From NCBI GenBank assembly GCA_050331615.1, contig JBHJGR010000153.1, positions 1 through 21,628 on the forward strand: a stretch of DNA of 21,628 nt, written 5' to 3'. Below are positions 15,796 through 21,628 of the stretch, one piece after another. The notes beneath the pieces were generated by a model that saw only the letters and a list, made by a program, of their open reading frames with translations, did not search any database and was not told the DNA's origin. This DNA is from Elainellaceae cyanobacterium. GTDB lineage: Bacteria > Cyanobacteriota > Cyanobacteriia > CAKZMO01. Numbering within the stretch: the first letter of the stretch is position 1; every line of letters starts with the position of its first letter. A program made the translations under genes and the position numbers.

Positions 15796-17601
15796 ATGAT
15801 CGGACAGGTGTTGGGCGATCGCTACGAAATTCGCGAGCAGCTGGGCAAAAAGGCCGGACGGCAAACCCTGCTGGCCTGGGATCGGCAGGAGGAGCAGCCG
15901 GTGGTGATCAAGCTACTCAGCTTCAGCCAGGAGTTTGTCTGGGATGACCTGAAGCTGTTTGAGCGGGAGGCAGAAACTCTGCGCAGCCTTTCCCATCCCT
16001 GCATCCCCCGCTATCTGGACTTCTTTGAGATTGCCCAGCCCCCGGCCCATCGTTTTGCCCTGGTGCAGAGCTATGCGGCGGGGAAGTCCCTGGACGCTCA
16101 CCTCAAAGCGGGCCGCAGCTTCCAGGAGGCGGACGTGACCCAGTTGGCCGCCGCCCTGCTGGAAATTCTGGTCTACCTGCACGGCTGTCACCCGCCCGTG
16201 ATTCACCGCGACATCAAGCCCAGCAATATTCTGCTGAGCGATCGCCCCAACAACTCCGTGGGAGACGTGCATCTGGTGGACTTTGGCTCGGTGCAAACCC
16301 TGGCCGCCACCGAAGGAGGCACCATTACCATCGTCGGCACCTACGGCTACATGCCGCCAGAGCAGTTTGGCGGGCGCACCAGCCCCGCTTCGGACCTGTA
16401 TGGTCTGGGAGCGACGCTGGTTTACCTGGTGACGGGACGCCACCCGGCGGATCTGCCCCAGCGGCATTTGCGGCTGGAGTTTGAGCCGTTTGCCGACCTC
16501 AGCCCCGGCCTGATGCGGTGGCTGGCGCGGCTGGTGGAGCCGAGCGTGGAGCGGCGATTTACCTCGGCGACAGTGGCTTTGAAGAAGCTGGAATCCCTTT
16601 CCCAGCCCATGCCCGTGTGGGTGGAGCAGCCGGTCCAGACCGAGCAGGAGACGGTGGCGATCGCCCAACCGCCCCACAGCCAGATCAAGCTCTCCCGATC
16701 CGCCAACCGACTCACTATCCAGTTTCCCGCCAAGCTGACGGAGAAAACCCCCGACCCTTCCCCCCTGTTTCGCCGTAGCGGGTTATGGCTGGCGGCGTCG
16801 GTCTGTCTCTTCGTGGTGCAGCCAGAATTTCTGGTGTTTCTCCTGTGCATCTGGGGCGGCGGCGTAGGCACCGAAAAGCTGGTTTTGAAGCGGCTCACCC
16901 GCTCCCACTCCCACTCCCAAACCCTGACCATTGATTCCCAGCAGGTCACCCTCGATCGCTACGAAAACGGCGTCCTCCAATCTTCCCAATCCAGCCCCCG
17001 CAAGTCCCTGGCCGGGGTGGAGTATTGCTGTAGCCACGAAGGCTACCATTCCCTGGGGCTCTGGGGCGATCGCCGCTATGAGTTTGGCAGCAGTGAGATG
17101 GTTTCCGGTGCCGACCTGCGGTGGCTGGCCCAGGAGCTGGGCACTTGGCTCTCCATCCCCGTGCAGCACACCAACCACCACCTGCCCCTGCCCAAGGCCC
17201 TGTTCCGCAAAGGTCCGCCCAAGCTGATAGCCAAACCGACTCCCGTGGAGAAACCGGCCAGCAGTGCGATCGTCCTGCTGAAGCGCCCTGGCTGGATTGA
17301 CATCCTGGTGCCCCTCGACACCGCTTCAACCACCGACGCCTACACCCGCCTCTACATCGACCACCAGCAAATCCACCAAACCTATGCCTCTGGAGACGAT
17401 CCGCCCCCCAGTATGCGGGTGGCCATCCGGGCGATCGAGTACCACAGCAGCGACGAGGGCGGCGGCTTTCTGCGCATCTGGGCCGGTAAGCAAAACTACG
17501 ACCTGGGCAAGGATGAACCCCTATCGCCGGAGGAACTGCGGTGGCTGGTCTATGAGCTGGGGCAGTGGCTCAGGGTACCGATTTATCGGACGCATTTGTG
17601 A
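15796..17601 (+). CDS. Hanks-type Ser/Thr protein kinase with a C-terminal tandem-duplicated uncharacterised module. The start is trimmed to the ATG at 15796.
   Basis: GGAGG lies 5 nt upstream of the ATG at 15796. The kinase motifs are VIKLL (the conserved Lys region), HRDIKPSNILL, DFGS and GTYGYMPPEQ. The C-terminal 300 aa holds two homologous modules, each ending in LRWLxxELGxWLxxP. Confidence 0.85.
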   Translation: MIGQVLGDRYEIREQLGKKAGRQTLLAWDRQEEQPVVIKLLSFSQEFVWDDLKLFEREAETLRSLSHPCIPRYLDFFEIAQPPAHRFALVQSYAAGKSLDAHLKAGRSFQEADVTQLAAALLEILVYLHGCHPPVIHRDIKPSNILLSDRPNNSVGDVHLVDFGSVQTLAATEGGTITIVGTYGYMPPEQFGGRTSPASDLYGLGATLVYLVTGRHPADLPQRHLRLEFEPFADLSPGLMRWLARLVEPSVERRFTSATVALKKLESLSQPMPVWVEQPVQTEQETVAIAQPPHSQIKLSRSANRLTIQFPAKLTEKTPDPSPLFRRSGLWLAASVCLFVVQPEFLVFLLCIWGGGVGTEKLVLKRLTRSHSHSQTLTIDSQQVTLDRYENGVLQSSQSSPRKSLAGVEYCCSHEGYHSLGLWGDRRYEFGSSEMVSGADLRWLAQELGTWLSIPVQHTNHHLPLPKALFRKGPPKLIAKPTPVEKPASSAIVLLKRPGWIDILVPLDTASTTDAYTRLYIDHQQIHQTYASGDDPPPSMRVAIRAIEYHSSDEGGGFLRIWAGKQNYDLGKDEPLSPEELRWLVYELGQWLRVPIYRTHL

Positions 17602-17620
17602 GCCAGCTTGACAGATGCTC

Positions 17621-17881
17621 CTACAGCCCAAGGCGTTGCTTGGCCTCATCCCAACTCATAGTTTCTCCCTGCTCAGCCTGAGAGATGCTGGCCTGGAGCT
17701 GACCAGTAAACTCGTTATCAGCCAAAATATCCAGCGTTTCAAGCAGGGAGGCAAACTGTTCGTAGCTCACTGCCGCCATGACGGGTTGACCATCCTGGGT
17801 GATGATGATGGGCTGGGCTGTGAGCTTTTGGGGTAGCTCTAACAGTTGTTGCTGTGCTTCAAGAATCGTGAGACGGTCCAT
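17621..17881 (-). CDS. Phd/YefM-family type II antitoxin, with no cognate toxin gene downstream.
   Basis: An 86-aa ORF: MDRLTILEAQQQLLELPQKLTAQPIIITQDGQPVMAAVSYEQFASLLETLDILADNEF. It shows the typical Phd/YefM N-terminal fold pattern. Only 20 bp separate its stop from the convergent kinase gene. Confidence 0.7.
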   Translation of the reverse strand: MDRLTILEAQQQLLELPQKLTAQPIIITQDGQPVMAAVSYEQFASLLETLDILADNEFTGQLQASISQAEQGETMSWDEAKQRLGL

Positions 17882-17963
17882 TTGCCTAACCTCGCTTACA
17901 GCCCGTAAGAAATGCTACATACCCAGCGTATAGCACCGTCGAGGCGATCGCCCTTATCGCACC

Positions 17964-19400
17964 TTAGAGTATCCCCGCAATCAGCGGCAGCAGCTTGTTC
18001 ACCGCCTGCACAAATTTGGTGGCATCCGGCAGGGTCTGGGCCATGCGGTTGAGGGTGCGGCTGGCCCTGGCGAGGACGGACTGGCGGGCTTCGGGTTCGT
18101 CGGACTGGGCAGCAGTGGCGATCGCCCCCACCGCTTCTTCGGCATCGGGTTTCTCTTCGGCGGGCAGGTTGGGGTCGGTTTGGATGGCCTCCAGCAGTTC
18201 CGTGAGGTAGGCTTTGAGGTCGTTACCCGCTGCGGTCGGAGGAATCTGGTTGAGGGCGTTGGTGACGGTGCCGCTGATGTCTCCTAGATTAAGGGCAGCA
18301 CCGCTGGCGGTAAAATCGCCGCCCACGTTGCCAATTTTGATATTGCGGCTGGAGTCGGAGCTGTTGGTCATGGCTTTACCTTCTGCGATCGCTTTAACAT
18401 CTACTGTAGTTGGATTGAGCGTGAGGTTAATCTGATGCGACTGACTAGCGCCCAATTGACCTATGACATTTATGAGGTTTGAGTTTTGTTCACGGACAGA
18501 TTCTAACTGCTTTAGGTTATCGTTGTATCTCGACTCTAAAGCTCTGGTAGCCATTTCATAAGTACGAATCAATTCACTGATGACTTTATCCCGGTCAAAC
18601 TCCTGGGGTATTTTGACCTTAATAACTACGGTTCCGTCTTCCCTCGTTTCTATACCTCTTACATCTATCTCAATCCCTTCATTCTCAACGATTACCTTTT
18701 GAAAAGAGTATTGTACAGCTTGCCAATCTACCCCATCTGGAAAGGGAATACTAATTGTATCGGTAGTCCTACTTGCCCGATTCTCTAGGTATTCCCGTGT
18801 CCGCTGAGGTAAGACAATATTCTCGACTGCAACGCGTGTAATTTTTATTCCCCAAGTTGCAGTGGCTTCGTCAAGGCTATCCATCATACTACGTTCTATC
18901 TCGTCGCGAGACGAGAGAACATTTTCTAGGGGTGTACGATTAATAAGAGCACGTAGGTGCGGTACGATAACGTTTTTGCATGCCTCTTCAGAATCTTCGA
19001 TGGTGTAATACGTTTGCTGCATTTCAAGCATTCGCCAGTAGGCAACAACGCTCACTTGGATTGAGAAGTTATCCTTTGTAATAGCCTCTAGTGGTTGAAC
19101 CTCCATAATCATCTCTCGTGTGGTTCCTACCCATACGATCCGATCGATGCCAGGAACGATGAAGCTTATTCCTGGTGTTAATTTGCGATGATAACGCCCA
19201 AACCTCTGAACAATTGCCTCATAGCCTTGATCTATCACTCTGGCGGAGATGAAAGTATAGCCGACTAAAAAAAGAGCCAGAACCGCAACTAAGGCAATGG
19301 GACTGGATAAATAGACGAGATAAACGATTGCAGCGGTAATGCCAGCTAGCACGACGAATCGGAATAAGACGCCCATGATGGAAGGATAAAGGCTATTCAT
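17964..19400 (-). CDS. SPFH/Band-7 (stomatin/prohibitin-like) membrane protein. It has a long C-terminal extension carrying a module shared with the next gene upstream. The start is at the ATG at 19400 (MNSLYPS).
   Basis: Two N-terminal TM helices are followed by an SPFH domain (VIDQGYEAIVQRFGRYHRKLTPGISFIVPGIDRIV...TKDNFSIQVSVVAYWRM...LRALINRTPLENVLSSRDEI). The extension contains DGVDWQAVQYSFQKV...VVIKVKIPQEFDRDKV...SSDSSRNIKIGNVGGDFTASGAALNLGDISGTVTNALNQ. Confidence 0.8.
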   Translation of the reverse strand: MNSLYPSIMGVLFRFVVLAGITAAIVYLVYLSSPIALVAVLALFLVGYTFISARVIDQGYEAIVQRFGRYHRKLTPGISFIVPGIDRIVWVGTTREMIMEVQPLEAITKDNFSIQVSVVAYWRMLEMQQTYYTIEDSEEACKNVIVPHLRALINRTPLENVLSSRDEIERSMMDSLDEATATWGIKITRVAVENIVLPQRTREYLENRASRTTDTISIPFPDGVDWQAVQYSFQKVIVENEGIEIDVRGIETREDGTVVIKVKIPQEFDRDKVISELIRTYEMATRALESRYNDNLKQLESVREQNSNLINVIGQLGASQSHQINLTLNPTTVDVKAIAEGKAMTNSSDSSRNIKIGNVGGDFTASGAALNLGDISGTVTNALNQIPPTAAGNDLKAYLTELLEAIQTDPNLPAEEKPDAEEAVGAIATAAQSDEPEARQSVLARASRTLNRMAQTLPDATKFVQAVNKLLPLIAGIL

Positions 19401-19521
19401 CAAGAACAAGCTCTTGGGTTGAATACACTGCTGGGTTAAGTGCTGCTGATCGGTACCTCAGTATTGGCTCACAGATCCAGATATGTCCAGCTCGCAAAGC
19501 ATTACTCTTTAGCAGCAATAT

Positions 19522-21414
19522 TTAGTCTAGTTTACCTTCATTGCTGCAATCGGTTTCAGGTGATGCTGAGGATTGGTCAATCGTGTTGGTTACGCTACCG
19601 CTTACGTCTCCTAGGTTGAGAGCTGAGCCGCTAGCATTGAGGTTACCTCCAACGTCGCCAATCTTGGTCTCGCGGGAAGAATCTGAACTGTCGCTCTTAG
19701 CTTTACTATCTGAATGGCTCTCAGAAGTGACGTTGAAAACTTGTGAAACCGGCCCTACAACCATTAGAGCCTTTTCCAAGCTATCGGCACGTCTCCGCTC
19801 CCCTTCCAATAAACCGGCAGTACGAGCCGCTTCAAGCCTAGCTTCAATAACCTCATCAAAATCTCGCTCCAGATTCCCCTTATCAGTGCCAGGTGGAATC
19901 TGGACAGTCACCAGCATGTCATCGCCCTTTTTCTCGACTGCCTGCACGGCGTCAGAAGCAATATCGTACTCCTCCATCACCTTCTGAAAAGCTGCCTGGA
20001 AATCGTCAGCCGTTGCACCATGCCGGATCAGAAGCTGAACGGTGTCCATAACTTCCTTAAAATATTTCTCGAAGTCACCCGGTTGGAAAACCTTATCAGG
20101 ACTATGGGGGCGGCGTTCCCGGCTACCCATCTCATCGGGGTGCTCCAGCAAAAAGACAAACTGGCAGTCCACGTGATCCAGGACGGTAGTGTGATCAATG
20201 TTCCAGCCCTGCAAGCAGGCTCCCGTCAGGTAGGCGTGGGTGAAGTCAGCGTCGATACAGAGGGTTTCTGTGAGGTTGGCCTCTTTGAGGTTGGCGGCCT
20301 TGAGAGTCGCCCCACTGAGGTCGGCCCATTTGAAGTTGGCCCCCTCCAGGTTTGCACCGCTGAGGTTGGCCCCCCGTAGGTCGGCGTCGATGTAGGACTG
20401 CCGGTAGCCGTTGAGGGTGGTCAGGAGCTTCAGCACGTTGAGGTCAGCGAGGATGGTGTCGCCGGGGCGAGCGCGATCGAGCTTGAGGGCGTCTTTGAAG
20501 CAGGTGCGGGTGAGGGTGGCGGCGCGGAAGTTGGTGCTTTTGAGCTGAGCGTGGCTGAAGTTGGCGTCAGTGAGGTCGGCTTTGTAGAAGGAGGTGCCGC
20601 CTAGAGCGCCGAAGGCTAAGCCAAAGCTGCGGATCACAAAGAATTTAGGATCGCCCTTTAGGGCATGTCGAGCGACGTAGGTTCCTAACCCGGCGAGTGA
20701 GACTGCAAATGCACCCCCGACTATAATCGCCGCCGAGACTGAAAATGCAGCGAATATGGCTGCAAATGCGCCTATGGCTATGAATACACCTGCGATTGTC
20801 ACCGCACTTGCAACTGCGTCTGCTCCTACTCCTGCACCCACGACTGCACTTGCGAAGGGGATAGCGGCTGTGACGGCGACAGCGATTAAGATGGCTCCTG
20901 AAATAGCAACAGCAACTGAGCTTGAGCCTACGATTGCGACTATAACTGCGACTGTGGCTGCGATTGTGCCAACTAGGGCAACGGTGCCCAATAACTTTCT
21001 GGTGAAACCTTCTCGGGCGATCGCAATAACCATTCCAACAGTGATGATAATTTCGGTCACCGAGCGAGCGGCATACTTTATAGGTTGTTCAGAACTGAGG
21101 GCAAAATTAACGGTCTTGTCGATTGAGAAAGCAAGATACATACCCGTCAACTCTGCCCCAACAAACTGAATAACAGCAATTAAAACAAACGACGCAACCA
21201 ACTGCCCCACCACCCATCGCATTTGCAGCCCCGCCTTCGCGCCGCTAAAGTTCACCCCCATCAGCGTCGCCCCGGCAAAGTTCGCCCCGCGAATATCCGC
21301 CCCGCTCAGATTGGCTCCGCTCAGGTTTTGTCCCTTGAAGTTGCCACCGCGCAGGTTTGCGCCGCTGAAGTCGCGTTCTCCTTGGGCATAGCGGGTGAGG
21401 AGGGGGTGGGGCAT
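19522..21414 (-). CDS. Polytopic pentapeptide-repeat membrane protein. It has N-terminal pentapeptide repeats (PRPs), a block of about six Ala/Gly/Val-rich TM helices, a second PRP region and a C-terminal module shared with the SPFH gene. The start is trimmed to the ATG at 21414 (MPHPLLTRY).
   Basis: The PRP stretches are GANLRGGNFKGQNLSGANLSGADIRGANFAGATLMGVNFSG and ADLRGANLSGANLEGANFKWADLSGATLKAANLKEANL. The end of the repeats reads CLQGWNIDHTTVLDHVDCQFVFL, followed by ERRPHSPDKVFQPGDFEKYF...FQKV...LVTVQIPP...SSDSSRETKIGDVGGNLNASGSALNLGDVSGSVTNTIDQ. Confidence 0.75.
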   Translation of the reverse strand: MPHPLLTRYAQGERDFSGANLRGGNFKGQNLSGANLSGADIRGANFAGATLMGVNFSGAKAGLQMRWVVGQLVASFVLIAVIQFVGAELTGMYLAFSIDKTVNFALSSEQPIKYAARSVTEIIITVGMVIAIAREGFTRKLLGTVALVGTIAATVAVIVAIVGSSSVAVAISGAILIAVAVTAAIPFASAVVGAGVGADAVASAVTIAGVFIAIGAFAAIFAAFSVSAAIIVGGAFAVSLAGLGTYVARHALKGDPKFFVIRSFGLAFGALGGTSFYKADLTDANFSHAQLKSTNFRAATLTRTCFKDALKLDRARPGDTILADLNVLKLLTTLNGYRQSYIDADLRGANLSGANLEGANFKWADLSGATLKAANLKEANLTETLCIDADFTHAYLTGACLQGWNIDHTTVLDHVDCQFVFLLEHPDEMGSRERRPHSPDKVFQPGDFEKYFKEVMDTVQLLIRHGATADDFQAAFQKVMEEYDIASDAVQAVEKKGDDMLVTVQIPPGTDKGNLERDFDEVIEARLEAARTAGLLEGERRRADSLEKALMVVGPVSQVFNVTSESHSDSKAKSDSSDSSRETKIGDVGGNLNASGSALNLGDVSGSVTNTIDQSSASPETDCSNEGKLD

Positions 21415-21460
21415 GGGATTTTGGATTTTGGATTGGGGATTTTGGATTGGGGGGTTGGAT
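21415..21460 (-). repeat. STRR1-like heptamer array directly 5' of the ATG at 21414 (ccaatcc aaaatcc ccaatcc aaaatcc ATG on the minus strand).
   Basis: On the plus strand the sequence is ggattttggattggggattttggattgggg. It is related to the array at 13262-13295. Confidence 0.6.
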
Positions 21461-21519
21461 GGGTGATTGGCATCCGGTAGGGGCGATGCATTCGGCAGGG
21501 ACGTTGTCGTCACCTGCAA

Positions 21520-21628
21520 AACGTTCTGGCCGAATGCATCGCCCTTACAACCGTGGATGAGAGGCAAAACGCCTATAAACGTTCTGGCCGAATGCATCGC
21601 CCTTACAACCGTGGATGAGAGGCAAAAC
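21520..21628. repeat. Perfect 51-bp direct repeat in two copies separated by 7 bp. The array may continue past the window end. Each unit contains the right arm of a 16-bp inverted repeat whose left arm lies at 21482-21497.
   Basis: The unit aacgttctggccgaatgcatcgcccttacaaccgtggatgagaggcaaaac occurs at 21520-21570 and again at 21578-21628. The arm gggcgatgcattcggc at 21482-21497 is the reverse complement of gccgaatgcatcgccc within each unit. Confidence 0.7.

Noticed and set aside
17621-17881. Phd/YefM antitoxin as half of a classic toxin-antitoxin pair.
   Set aside because: The sequence leaves no room for a toxin ORF downstream, because the stop is 20 bp from the convergent kinase gene. I found no RelE/ParE/YoeB-like small ORF in the 82-bp upstream gap. 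I have therefore treated it as an orphan or solo antitoxin-like regulator.
21415-21597. Longer N-terminal extension of the PRP membrane protein (MHSARTFIGV...PIQNPQSKIQNP).
   Set aside because: It would be translated from the 51-bp repeat and the STRR-like heptamers. The pentapeptide repeats begin right after MPHPLL at 21414.
21520-21628. Possible CRISPR array at the window edge.
   Set aside because: The repeat unit is 51 bp and the spacer only 7 bp. No cas genes are present. The structure fits a tandem or inverted repeat better than CRISPR.

Overview
This 21.6-kb window looks cyanobacterial. The HIP1 octamer GCGATCGC occurs about 30 times by eye, STRR-like heptamer arrays are present, and GC is roughly 60%. 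I found no rRNA, tRNA or CRISPR array. Gene content from the left edge to the right:

- **Phosphorus-acquisition locus, minus strand (1-4989).** A TonB N-terminus is cut by the window start, followed by a PstS-family phosphate-binding protein with a Pho-box-like triple repeat in its promoter. Then come ExbB, two tandem ExbD genes and an NPP-type phosphodiesterase.
- **Lgt** (5007-5837) and a Crp/Fnr-type regulator (6572-7363).
- **Surface-glycan modification block (8407-14357).** This contains a GT4 glycosyltransferase, a DUF218/YdcF gene, an MBOAT O-acyltransferase overlapping an SGNH/DltD-like partner, and a GT-A-like protein.
- **Uma2 endonuclease** (14983-15762) and a Hanks-type Ser/Thr kinase (15796-17601) whose C-terminus carries a tandem-duplicated uncharacterised module.
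- **Most interesting region (about 17.6-21.4 kb, minus strand).** An orphan Phd/YefM antitoxin is followed by an SPFH/Band-7 membrane protein and a polytopic pentapeptide-repeat membrane protein. The two large proteins share a conserved C-terminal module of about 160 aa. The region sits in a segment that is AT-richer and HIP1-poor compared with the rest of the window, and is bordered at the window edge by a perfect 51-bp tandem repeat.

Several small dispersed repeats and hairpins are also present, including a 75-bp element in two copies that shows compensatory stem changes.
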